Origin: Macrostomum hystrix
Lineage: Eukaryota > Animalia > Platyhelminthes
Direction: 5' to 3'
DNA length: 64,000 nucleotides
NCBI GenBank assembly: GCA_950097015.1
Contig: CATNEN010000034.1
Location: 2,914,001 to 2,978,000, forward strand
Shown here: in pieces, positions 47,684-59,838 of the stretch
How the letters are laid out: each line of letters opens with the position of its first letter
How positions within the stretch are numbered: the stretch's first letter is position 1
Position numbers and translations under genes: made by a program
Notes under the pieces: generated by a model
What the model was told of the DNA's origin: nothing
What the model saw: the letters and a program-made list of their open reading frames with translations, nothing else
The model's database searches: none

Positions 47684-50600
47684 CTTGCAGATAACGACGC
47701 GCCACAAAGTTTGCCTGTTGCAATACTAGCAAAAAATCACTATGTGAGTCAATGAACCGGGGCAGCTTTTAAGGCGAAAAACTAGCGTGCGTCTACACTC
47801 GCTTCTTCGCAGCCAGCGACTGCTCTTTCAAGTCTTGCCAGCGCATACAAAAAGGCTAGAAAAATGGAGACATTGTGCCAATTTTGTGCTTGCTCCGATA
47901 AGATAACGCCCGCATGGTCGAGAAACCCCCACCACCATGCCAGCCGCAAACAGCCTGGCACTCTGCTAGGTGTCTGCGTTGCCATGACCTACCCTTCTTC
48001 AAATGCAAACTCACCCAGTGTAAACAGCCGGTTCGTTCATGTAGAGCGCGTATCGCGGACCCTGATATCCTTATTATCTTCCTTGAGGCCTTTTTGTTTT
48101 CAACATCCGCCATTTCAACACAGCAAAAAGTCGTGTTCCATAATTGCAAACAAATAATACAATATTACATGCAACCGCGTGAGCCAAAGTTTGGCCCATC
48201 GAAAGCATTGATTGATGCACTTTTCCGCCCCAATCAGAAAGTCTTCAGAAAATTTTGCGGCAATTTAGGATCATCTTTCGATCCGCTATACTAGTAGTCG
48301 TTCTAAACTATTCTCTAAAAAACTTCACTGTACACATGGTGGCCTTTTAGTACAGAAATTTTCTATCTTTACATTGTGACCTCGTATTCTAAAGTTATTG
48401 CCTGCAAAGTCCTGATACGTATGCCTTCGGTTTGAAAATCAGCCACACTATGATTATCGTACATTCTATTTAAAGTCATAGTCCATCAGAATTAACGGTT
48501 CTGGGCTTAAGCACTCAATTGAGTCTAGTAAAGAAACAATATGTACTGAATAACAAACAAATTAAAAATCAATGAAGCAAAGGACGAACGATTCAGAGAT
48601 TTTTAAGGCTGAAAGGCAATCAATGCAAAAATGAACAAATCGAACTGTTTTTGTAATTTGATAGGACGATATCAAGGACTACTTAGGTACTTCTAGTGTC
48701 CATAGACGACATATGCTTATTGTTTTAGTATATTTGACTAGCAAGTTTTGCCCCCCAGAGCAGCAAAATTAATCTGAGTTAGCAAAGGTTTCATATTAGA
48801 TTTCTGGGCATATACGTCCTACTCTACTAATAATTTACGTAAGTAGTATATAGAGTATAAGTAGTTTACGCGAATAATATATGTATATTTCTTAAATTTA
48901 CGCTATACGCAACGCCCAATGCCAGTCAAGGAAAAAGATTATTCGTTTTTTTCTGTTTGCGACAAAAAATTGCTACTATTGAAGATAATCAAGGATGACT
49001 TCGCTGGGCTGAGCAGAGTGCTCAATTGATACTCGTACATGTGTGCATGTGAGCATTAAAGCTTATCAAATTGTCCGATTGAAATACTGAACCGCTAATT
49101 GAAGTACAGCTAATTCTAGTTACACGCTTCATAGCTGGCCAGACCGAAGCAATAGGGCATTGAATCTCTTCCTAATGAATCAAACAATTTGCTGAGATTT
49201 GTGATGAGATTCGAACTCCGTACCTCTCTGTTAGAGGCCCAAGGCTCTAGAGTTTAAGAAAAATAGAGATTTTTTTCTGCGAGTTTTGAATAACTGCAGT
49301 GAATGATTTGAATATTTACCTTGCTTACTAACATTTAGAGCTTTGACGCGAGACTCAAAATAGGCAGGCTGCAGGCATAGAAAACTGTCTGAGTATTGTA
49401 GTGTAGTGGTCACAGAGTTGTTTTTTATTCTACTCACTCCACAGAGACCAATAGAGTGCACTAGAAGCGAATCAGCTGCTCAGTTTTCTAGTTAGCCAGC
49501 AAGGAGGGGACATTGAGCAGAAAGCAACTTTAAACAATTGTCTCGGTGTGAGCGCAAAACTTAATTGCATTGTGAGCCACAGCGAATAGCATTCCCAAAG
49601 CCCCGTCTACCCAGCCAGACTGCAGCTCTAACAGGTACAAGCCTAGCTAGGCGGCGATAAAAAGCCACACGGCTGCGGTGATATTAGAGCTCAAAAGACT
49701 CAAATTATTATGGAGTTGCTGGTCTAGGAGCAGGAACACTAGCTGGCAAATCAGAAAAATAATTGTTTCTCTATATGTACTTACTATAGCAATGTTGCAT
49801 TGTGTGTACAGTCTGTGTGTGTAGTCCTTGCCTAACTCTTATCTAAGCTTAGGCATCTAGACTTTTTGCAAAACGTAGATACTACGCTTCTGTTGAATTT
49901 AAGCCGCTGACTGCATATTTATTTCTAAAATTTCACGGATGTGTTGCGGTGCGCTACAGTTGGGAGAGCTCAGGTGAGAAAGCTATGCATGTGAATATGG
50001 CAATATTTTATTCAAAGCATAGGCTGGAACCAGCTGCATGTGATGAGCGGATGACATGGGATATGATAGCTTCCTTCGACTTCAGTGGGACCTTCGCGCA
50101 CCATGTCGCCACTCATCACATGCCTGTACAAGCCGCAATCGTCAAGGATAACATACTAATAATACTTAGGGTGTCCAATGATTGTTTAAAGTCTTAGAGA
50201 AATTACCTACTGATGTATAGTGGAGAACGGTTTATAGGTGCACGTTATAGTCATTATCATCAGGAATTGAAAGACTACGAGTTCCTCTTACCCATAACAG
50301 TTAAAGTACACTCCAAATGTCTATGGCCAAGAGTTATTATTCGTTTAGCGAGGCAGACATCAGGACCACTAGAAAAAGAAGGACGGGACACTTCGTTTCC
50401 TGGAAAATTTATTTAAGGCAGATTTTCACGGAAAATGCACAAGCGAGATAGTAATTTTTTGTTTTCGCATTAAAATGTTAATAACTTTTTATTGAAAGCA
50501 GATTTTATTGGAAGCTGTTATTTTAACATATCATGCGAAAAATGTTGTTTCAACATTCTTCATTTAATAAGCCAAGTTTTAAGACTTAGAAATCTGAAAG

Positions 50601-51659
50601 GGACTCGAGAGAGCTCTACGAGAAAGTAGGCTAAAAAGAGCAACAGCCTAGAGGCCAAGCAACTGAAAGTAGAGAGATTAGATAAAGACTCGCCCCGAGT
50701 CCACCCATTCATTTCAGCGCAAACACGGCCCGGCCTAACCTGGCCTGACACAACCCGACCCGACCCGGCCCGGCCCAACCTGGAAAATCGGAGCCGGCCT
50801 GGACCCTATCTGGAGACGAGACCTGGGGGAGGCCAGGACCGCACAAGAAGACCTGATCGACGAAGGGACGGGGACTAATGGACGCTAGGGAAAGGGGACT
50901 CCTTAGAAACGGGAACTCTTCCTAACTCAACCAATGCGTTTTTAGGCCTTTGCCCCACCCTATAGCCTTCAAGTCATCGAGACTGCAAATACACCGCTAG
51001 ACTATTCTAGAAGACTCCAGCTTTGACTTAAAATCGAACGAAGAAGAGTGAGGCATCAAAACGTGAAGCTATATACAAGTTAAATGTGTAAAGTCTTGTT
51101 TGTAAAAATTATGTTTTTATTTGTAAAAAGTAATAAGTTATATTTTTGTAATAAAACGCAAATTTATTATTGCGTGTAATAAAAGTTAAATTCGCGCCGA
51201 CGCCAAAAATCATTTTGTTTAGATTAGCGTATTTTGCACAATATTTTAGCGCATATTTGTTAAAAATTAAGACGGAAAATAGTATAAAAAGAAACAACGT
51301 CGTTTGCACCCGCACGTCAAATAATAAGAAAGAAGTTCATCTTGAGAATAAAGGCCAGTTTTTTATTTAGAGAGAAAGATTCGCGTTAGAGTGTTGCAAT
51401 TATTTTTCTATACAAGAGAGGTTGAACATACGAAGAATATACGGAGACATGATAAAAACCTGAACTAAGTGAAATTACATGATAATTACTAAAAAATAAT
51501 ATATCAGAGACACACATCACATAATACTTATAATTATACATTGACGAATTTATTAACAAAAGCCGTGACCCTCTGAATCACTGGAAGCCTAATCTGACAG
51601 GGAAATCATATACAGTAGCCTAATAGACCGCTAGGAGAAAATTGTTAAGTAATTGTGAT

Positions 51660-53075
51660 AAGCCCATCAGTAGCCTATTCGTAGCCCATCCGTAGCCTAT
51701 TCGTAGCCCATCAGTAGTTTATTCGTAGCCCATCAGTAGCCTATTCGTAGCCCATCCGTAGCCTATTCGTAGCCCATCAGTAGCCTATTCGTAGCCCATC
51801 CGAAGCCTATTCGTAGCCCATCAGTAGCCTATTCGTAGCCAATCAGTAGTTTATTCGTAGCCCATCAGTAGCCTATTCGTAGCCCATCCGTAGCCTATTC
51901 GTAGCCCATCCGTAGCCTATTCGTAGCCCATCCGTAGCCTATTCGTAGCCCATCCGTAGCCTATTCGTAGCCCATCCGTAGCCTATTCGTAGCCCATCCG
52001 TAGCCTATTCGTAGCCCATCCGTAGCCTATTCGTAGCCCATCCGTAGCCTATTCGTAGCCCATCCGTAGCCTATTCGTAGCCCATCCGTAGCCTATTCGT
52101 AGCCCATCCGTAGCCTATTCGTAGCCCATCCGTAGCCTATTCGTAGCCCATCCGTAGCCTATTCGTAGCCCATCCGTAGCCTATTCGTAGCCCATCCGTA
52201 GCCTATTCGTAGCCCATCCGTAGCCTATTCGTAGCCCATCCGTAGCCTATTCGTAGCCCATCCGTAGCCTATTCGTAGCCCATCCGTAGCCTATTCGTAG
52301 CCCATCAGTAGCCTATTCGTAGCCCATCCGTAGCCTATTCGTAGCCCATCCGTAGCCTATTCGTAGCCCATCCGTAGCCTATTCGTAGCCCATCCGTAGC
52401 CTATTCGTAGCCCATCCGTAGCCTATTCGTAGCCCATCCGTAGCCTATTCGTAGCCCATCCGTAGCCTATTCGTAGCCCATCCGTAGCCTATTCGTAGCC
52501 CATCCGTAGCCTATTCGTAGCCCATCCGTAGCCTATTCGTAGCCCATCAGTAGCCTATTCGTAGCCCATCCGTAGCCTATTCGTAGCCCATCCGTAGCCT
52601 ATTCGTAGCCCATCCGTAGCCTATTCGTAGCCCATCCGTAGCCTATTCGTAGACCATCCGTAGCCTATTCGTAGCCCATCTGTTGCCTGTCTGTAAACTA
52701 TTCGTAGCCCATCCGTAGCCTATTCGTAGCCCATCCGTAGCCTATTCGTAGCCCATCCGTAGCCTATTCGTAGCCCATCCGTAGCCTATTCGTAGCCCAT
52801 CCGTAGCCTATTCGTAGCCCATCCGTAGCCTATTCGTAGACCATCCGTAGCCTATTCGTAGCCCATCTGTTGCCTGTCTGTAAACTATTCGTAGCCTATC
52901 CGTAGCCGTAAATAACTGTAGCCTATCCGTAGCCGTGCTTAACTGTAGCCAATCCGTAGCCGTGCTTAACTGTAGCAAATCCGTAGCCGTGCTTAACTGT
53001 AGCCAATCCGTAGCTGTGCTTAACTGTAGCTAATCCGTAGCTGTGCTTAACTGCAGCCAATCCGTAGCCGTGCTT
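51660..53075. repeat. 22-bp minisatellite (dimer of an 11-bp unit) with a 27-bp derived tail
   Basis: CGTAGCCTATTCGTAGCCCATC units, then CGTAGCCGTGCTTAACTGTAGCCAATC from about 52920. Confidence 0.97.
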
Positions 53076-55695
53076 AAAGCAGGTTCTGCAGTAATTTGCG
53101 GTTCTTTGCGCTCTTTAGTGCAGAACGATCTCCTTCTGTGTCTTTTGTATCCATTTACTTCATTTTACACTTGATTCTAACACGTGCTTTTTCAGTGCTC
53201 TTCAAGGGATCTTTCAAAAGAGGAGAGAGATTAAAACATTAACAATATTTTAAATGCACGGAATAACAAGACGTTACGACGAGTAAAAAGCGAGCAATAC
53301 GGCTCGTATACGCAACAAAACCGATGCGACAGTAAAAGTACCAACATTACATGTAGCATGTTTGCATTTTATCTAAGGCAGCTAAATTATAGATAAAAAT
53401 ATACACTGTGTTTTACTGTGATACGTTAAGATCTCCATGTGTGAAGTGCTGCAGTTCCTCATACTTTGGCGGCGGTTGAATAGCCTCGGCGTAGCTTGGC
53501 AAATTGTCGGATCTCGCAGTAGCCAGTCGAGTAGGCGCGTTCGTGGCTACCTCAGCATACCTGGTCCTTCTCCTTGTTGTCCGCTGGAAATAAAGGGCTG
53601 AAGCTGCAAGCAACACAGCAACAATCCCAGCTGAGGCACCGAACGCAATCATAACTTCGAGCCTCGGCCTCTTCAAGCAGTTCGCCTCGTCGCTGGCGTC
53701 TTCGCAATCAATGTGTCCGTCACAGACCTGGCTGGACAGGATGCAATCCCTCGCTTTTGCGCAAACTTGCTCTGAAACACGGGATTACAATTGCCTCTTT
53801 TTAATGGGAAAAGGCTGAAATTGTTTTCTTGTAAACAGCTAGATAACTGATTAAGTTAAGTAGTCGGTAAAAAATGCGAATTCAATCGAAACCAACCGCG
53901 CGTGACGCACCAAGCTTTCCGCATTCCGTTGTGCCATTATTTTCCGCTCGGCGAAAGCAAGCACCCGCAGTCAGACTGACATCGTCCTACAGTACGGCAC
54001 GCAGCGCCGCTTTCGATTCCGCCCTCAGTGAGATCTGCACCTCAGTCTGGCTGTAACTCGAAGCTTGAGCACTGCCAGACAGAAGACGCTATTGATTGTT
54101 TGGCACGGTGGCAGTTAGAAAGGTATTGCGAAGTGAACCCGACCCAGCGTTGATCACTACATCCAATCGGACGCTGTAGTTACCGTCGCCGATACCGTAA
54201 AGCCAGATATCGAAGCACCACGAAATTGCCATAGACAATCTTTTACGGATACTAGTTTAGACGTATCATTTAATAATGGGTTCAACAGAAGCATCTGTTG
54301 AGGTAGATGCCGCTCTACCGACTTCGCTCGAACTAACCTCCAGCTTGACGTGTGATCCGTAACGGTGATGCAAAACTGATTGGAAATGCTCTGGTCATTA
54401 ACAACAGCTAGATTTGTAGTGTCCCAGCCACATGTGGACCATTCGAACGAGCAGACAGTCGACATGCGGCTCTCGTATGTGGAGCTCTCACAAGCGTCGG
54501 TCTCCGTACTTAAATCGTCCAGCTAGTAAGCACCGACGGTTTGATTTTGCTGCTTTGACTGGACTGCGAATATATCGATAGGCACGCCCATAAATCCAGC
54601 ATAGAGCTGCACTTCAGCGAGGTTCCAGGTATATAGTCTCCATCTAGCGGGAAGTCTGAGCAGAACTCGACCATCGCGAGGTTCGAGCAGAATCAAAGCT
54701 TCGTCATCGTTACTAAAGTTTCTAGAGTACCAGAAAAACCTTGTAGCAGGTGTCTGACTCAGACCTGGCGGCATCATCGATGCCCGACAGACGAAATATT
54801 GGCTCAATCTTTTCATCCTCTGTCCACGCTGACTCCGGTTGCAGCTTCAGACTGCAGTCCCGTACATCCGGTAGACTGTTGAACAGATGCGAGTGGTCCA
54901 TGTCGCAATCTAGCCACGCTGCTCCGCTCAGCGGGCCGTGCGCGCTGGCCTGGCCTAGGGCGAAGCTGGTTCCGAAGCTGCGGCTGAAATTGCAGCGACC
55001 GTGCTCATAGCTCTCATCACTTGACGTTTTAGCGAGGAAGTCGCTGCCAGTTGGCTGACCACGGCTGTTGCCACAGTTGTTGATTGAGTTGCAACGTGAA
55101 GTGCAGGGGTTTGATAGGAAAAAATACATATTTGTTTTACTGTTAGTATCCAGGCAGCACAAGCAGAATTTTTCAATCGAATGTTTCAGGAATAAATTTG
55201 GTGGATTTAGTGAACTTCGCATCCATCTAAAGTCCCGATAGCAACCAATATGTTATGCGTACTTAACGCGGTACTCACGCGTGTCAAGTATCTATTAGAG
55301 ATGTAGCGAACGGGGTGATAGGCATCTAGTTACTAAGGTTTTCATCACCGCCCTGCAGATAAATGTAACAGTAAGTCACAAGCAATACTCTGGCAAACAC
55401 TAAGAAGAAAACAAAACTGCGTTTCTAGGCTAATTAGGTGCATGCGAAGGACTAGTTTGTTCTAGCTGAAATTTAAGTACGTTTTCTATTCTAAGTGCTG
55501 GCATCCAACTGTTGGAATGTTTTCTAAAGCGTCACACCTTATGCTTAAATATGATCTATCCAGACATCTATCCAGGTGTCTAAATAGATGTCTGGATCTA
55601 TCCAGACTAAAATCCAAAGTTGATGACACTTAGAAAATAATGACGCTTCAAGTTTCCAACGGACAGACAGAGCGAGCCATTGAGCAGGTTTTCAG

Positions 55696-56750
55696 GGGGG
55701 CGTTTCTCGAAAGTCACTTAGGCTTGGACATAGACGTAAGTTGGGGAAGGCATACTTATGGCTTGCTGGAAAGGCTCGCAAGCCCGCTCTGCGTAAGATC
55801 CATCGCAACTTTGCGACTTCGTAAAAGTACGCAGAAAGTTGTTTCTCGAACGCCTCGTAAGTCTATGACCAATCTTACAAGCGCTCTTAAATATAAGAGT
55901 GGTCAAGACCACTCGTAAGTCAGACGAGCGAGGCCCTATTCTAACTGTGCAGAGTCAGTCAAGATGTCGTCAGTCAAACGTGCTCCAAATTTTACGTCCG
56001 CTGAGAAGGAAGAGTTAATGGAATGCGTCAAGCGATTTCTTAGCGTAATAAATTCAAAGGATCAACGAGCCGAGATGCAGAAGCAAAAGAAGGCCTGTTG
56101 GGACAACATCGCATCGAAAGTGAACGTCGTTGGAGGAAGCAAACGATCTGGCGATGACTGCAGAAAGAAGTGGTGTGATGTAAAGTCCGACGCGAAGATG
56201 AAGTTTGCGACTCAAAAGAAGGACTACTGCGCGACCGGAGGTGGACCACCTACTGCACCCGACTTGAGTCCTCAAGATCAAGAAGCATTGGCTCTGATCG
56301 CACCCGAGAGTGTCAACGGAGTACCCGGTGGGTGTGATTCTATGAGTGCGCCGTCAACCGCTCCAAAGGGCAGTTTGAACGATGACACGATGGCCAATTT
56401 TGGACCGACCGTGGCGGCCACTCCGCCCAGGTGCGACGAGGCGGCTAACCAAGAAGCTGGACGAGGTGAAGTTGGCACTCCGCAAGCGACTCCTAAGAGA
56501 ACCAAGCGGAAGATGGATGACATGGATAACTTTTACTAACTTTCCCCTTATCTTCTCTTTATTTCTCTCTCAACTTTGCCCATAGACAACGTGTACACGG
56601 CAGGCAACCCCACTTACGCTCAACTTAAGTTGCGTCGGATCTAAGAGAGTTTTGGGAAACGCACTTCCGATTCAACTTAGGATGAACGTAAGCCACTGGC
56701 ATAAGATGGATCTTACCATAGATCTTACGACGGCTTCGAGAAACGGCCCC
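55696..56750 (+). mobile_element. Non-autonomous PIF/Harbinger DNA transposon (1055 bp) carrying only the Myb/SANT gene
   Basis: TIRs are GGGGGCGTTTCTCGAA and (rc) GGGGCCGTTTCTCGAA. A 3-bp TSD, CAG, lies at 55693-55695 and 56751-56753. There is an internal Myb/SANT ORF and no DDE transposase ORF. Confidence 0.88.
55964..56539 (+). CDS. Myb/SANT-like DNA-binding protein (Harbinger accessory ORF), 191 aa
   Basis: KRAPNFTSAEKEELMECV...KKACWDNIASKVN...RSGDDCRKKWCDVKSDAK...ATGGGP matches the Myb/SANT signature of Harbinger-encoded proteins. Confidence 0.88.
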   Translation: MSSVKRAPNFTSAEKEELMECVKRFLSVINSKDQRAEMQKQKKACWDNIASKVNVVGGSKRSGDDCRKKWCDVKSDAKMKFATQKKDYCATGGGPPTAPDLSPQDQEALALIAPESVNGVPGGCDSMSAPSTAPKGSLNDDTMANFGPTVAATPPRCDEAANQEAGRGEVGTPQATPKRTKRKMDDMDNFY

Positions 56751-57834
56751 CAGGTCGGTAAACTATGAACACTTTAGCGATATCGCTTACTTGTAACAGC
56801 GAGCCATTTGCCGCATAGGTAAGTATAGCATTGCCGAGTAGTGAGTGACGAACCATCAGTACTGACTCTTCACTAGCACTACTCATCGAGGTGAAGAGCT
56901 CCATCTCCTTGAACTGAAGGCAGATTGCATCCGTATTATCAGAGCGAGAATAGTAAATTTGGAATTCGTAGGTGCATCTCGAATACACGTAGGCAGCGCG
57001 TGTGGAAAGTTTTCGCTGGCAAATACGCCCCGACTGCTGGGACTGCGCCGGTAGCCGTCGATGCGGATCAGCTCCCAGCAGGCCAGGCAGCTCAGCGGCT
57101 GGCTTACAAACTTTAGAATGATTATGAGTAAGAGCGATTGCAGCATTTCGATGCCCTAACTGCTTGAATAGAGCTCGACTGTACGCTGACGCCTACAGTA
57201 TAAGTTCTCAGGTGGTGTCATGTCCACAAAATGCGCATAGCTCGGATAGGTGAAGACAGAGAAGTTGTATATTATATTGATAAGCTATCAGTACATGTAC
57301 ATGTGCATCGGTACATGTGCCTTGCTAAAATAGGGCAGCTTGACTCGGCGTTTGTGTGAAGTGGTGGGCTATAGCCAAAGAAACAGTTTTTGCACGCACA
57401 GTCAAGAAATTTTCTTGCGCTCGACTTATAGTCGTACTAGATAGTGTGATATCTGACACGAGTTCCTATTTGGGAAGGAAGAACCGGTTGCAAGTCCATT
57501 TTGTCATTTTAGCATTAAATAGTCAAATCATCTCAAGAGTGAATAAGCAGGGCAATACGTGTAGCTTTAAAGAAGGGGCAAGCATCACTGGCAGAACGAA
57601 GTGAAGATGGGGCGAGTTTGTACCATAGACTAAACTTCAATGCGTGTCATGTCTCCCTCCAGACAGAAGTTGAACAGCAACAAAGGGGTGATAATAAGTA
57701 TAGGGTTCGATGAGGTGCAAAGATGGGCTAGTTAATGGGATAGATGGGATAGATGGGATTCAGTCCAGAAAGTTAGTAACGCAATTAGTTCAATGTATAA
57801 CTACTACTATGTTCAATGATTCTTAAATATAAAA

Positions 57835-58430
57835 TCATGGGGTATAACGGCTTGGCGGCCTGCACTCGCGCGTGCTTCGGCGATATCCGACGGGTTCGTG
57901 TGCTTGCGCCTCTACCGTTAGTGCAGCATCGGCGGTGTCTGCCATCGTGTCCACGACTTCAGTGTCTAGCGACTCGCCGTCATCCGGCAGGGGCGCGAGC
58001 TGATTCTCGCTCGCCAGGCGGAGGTCAGCTCCATCCAGCACCCAAGCCGTATTGTGTCCGAGGTTCATCACGTACTCATGAAGAGTTGCGGTGGTGGAAT
58101 AGGACTCGCTGTAAACAGGTTGTAAATTCAGCATGAGTGATATTTTCGGTCCACGCACGTAAAGCTCTCTTGACTGTCTGGACAGCTCGTTCAGCAGCAC
58201 CATTTGCTTGCGGGTAGTAGGGGAGTGATTCGAGCTTTCTGACTCCATTCAACTTCAGCCATGTTCTGAATGCATCGCTGACGAACTCTGGTGCATTGTC
58301 TGAGACCAGCAACTCTGGGACACCAAATCGAGTCGCAACTGTTTGCAGGGAGCGAATCACAGAGTCGCTAGACCTGTCTTTTGCATGGAAATGCCTCAAT
58401 CCAGCCGGAATAGGCATCGACTACGATAAG
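57835..58430 (-). mobile_element. Gypsy/Ty3 LTR-retrotransposon integrase fragment (decayed)
   Basis: RFGVPELLVSDNAPEFVSDAF...PYYPQANGAAERAVQTVKRAL is the rve integrase core. It is followed after a frameshift by the typical pol C-terminus RRSTRECRPPSRY. Confidence 0.85.
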
Positions 58431-58889
58431 AATGTAGTCCGTGTTGGGCCAGGTGTCTCTAGTCTTTAGAAGTCTAGGTCTTAATTTGCTGCAGCAAAGA
58501 ATTTTCTTTCGCTCGACTTATAATCGTACTACGAGTAGATAGAGACATAGGAATCTAAATATTTTCTAATTGCATACAAAAAAGAGAATAATTATTATTT
58601 CAAACGATATGTCCGCATAAAAAAGCAACAGCAGGCAAAAACGAGTTTCAACGGGGGCATTTTTCTGGTATATAAATTGGGAATAAATTATGATAAATTA
58701 GGTAGGGCTTTTTAAGAACTTATAAAAGCACTTTTATCGTTATTTCCAACAGCATGTGCTTGGTTATTTACCAAAAGCTTTTTAAAGCCATTAAGCCTCA
58801 ATCTATGGAACTGCATCTCTCTGCATCAATATATGGAACAATAAATGTTTCTTTTTCTATTGTTGATACTAATTAAAAATATGAATAAT

Positions 58890-59189
58890 TGATAACACCT
58901 GCCCCAATGGGAACAGATGTGCAGCCGACAGTACAGCCACAGCTATTGCGTGGCGCATCTGAAAGCTGTGTACAGCTTTTCAGTCTATGGACTTGGAGGA
59001 CGCCAAAATAGGGCCCCAACCTCAATTACGCCAGCTAATGCTGCTACCTATTTAACGGCTGTGTGATCTGTAGCAATGCAGACTTAAGTGTCTTGCTAAA
59101 GAACACAAATTGTTTCAGTGGAGTCAGGAATCGAACCCCAGACCTTCCAATCGTGGGTCCAACGCTCTGTTCACAAGGCTACAACCTCC
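58890..59189 (-). mobile_element. tRNA-derived CORE-like SINE, family B
   Basis: Homologous end to end with 35800-36100. Confidence 0.8.
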
Positions 59190-59436
59190 GTAGCTGATAA
59201 TTGCATCTTTTTGGGTAACTAGAACTTCAATATTGTGTTGTAATAGAATACGAGTATATTACTATACAAGCATAAATTAAGTAGCTTTGTGAATTCGTGT
59301 TGCAAGCTATATTACTCTAGTAGTAGTCCTTGTTATCATCACGCAAGTTCTCAGTGAATGCAAATTTGTATTGATCTGGTCCAAAAAGTACAAAAAAGAA
59401 CAAAAAAAGTTTTCGAGTCTTTCACAGTGTTAGCCA

Positions 59437-59759
59437 TCAACCAGAAGGTGGAGTAGTTTCAGCAGCAGCGCTGGTGGTCCCATGCTCGTGACTGCCGGAT
59501 GCCACAGAAATTATCAAAATGATAAGCACTAGCACTAATACCACTCCAACGAACAGTACCACTGGCCTGTGGTTGCGCCACAGACGGCCGACAATCGAGG
59601 AATCCGCCCTCATCACCACGCTGAACTGCGAACGGCCTGGAGCAGTGCCACTGGCTTCGTCTCGGATGATCAGTTCAACATCGTCATCTTCGTCGTCCTG
59701 CTGAAGGAGAGATTCAACGAGTCGTTCAGTTGACGCGCTCATTCTAACATCTTGTTGTA

Positions 59760-59838
<79 letters not shown>

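Larger units (their letters stand above)
53413..57146 (-). pseudogene. Pseudogenised tandem paralog of the CUB-MAM-LDLa-TM gene
   Basis: Clear homology to 45131-47683 (GVFASENFPHALP, SSDESYEHGRC, YESRMSTVCSFEWSTCGWDTTNL, LDLa, TM, PSY/PPKY) with the same intron positions (acceptors 55139 and 53771, donor 53911). Lesions: a frameshift near 56990, a Harbinger insertion at 55696-56750, a TGG>TAG stop at 54523, an AVL*DDV stop near 53990 and further frameshifts. Confidence 0.85.

Noticed and set aside
57400-58535. Paired LTRs around the Gypsy fragment
   Set aside because: Only a roughly 37-bp similar stretch (57403-57440 versus 58495-58531) was found. I could not identify TG...CA ends, a PBS, a PPT or a TSD.
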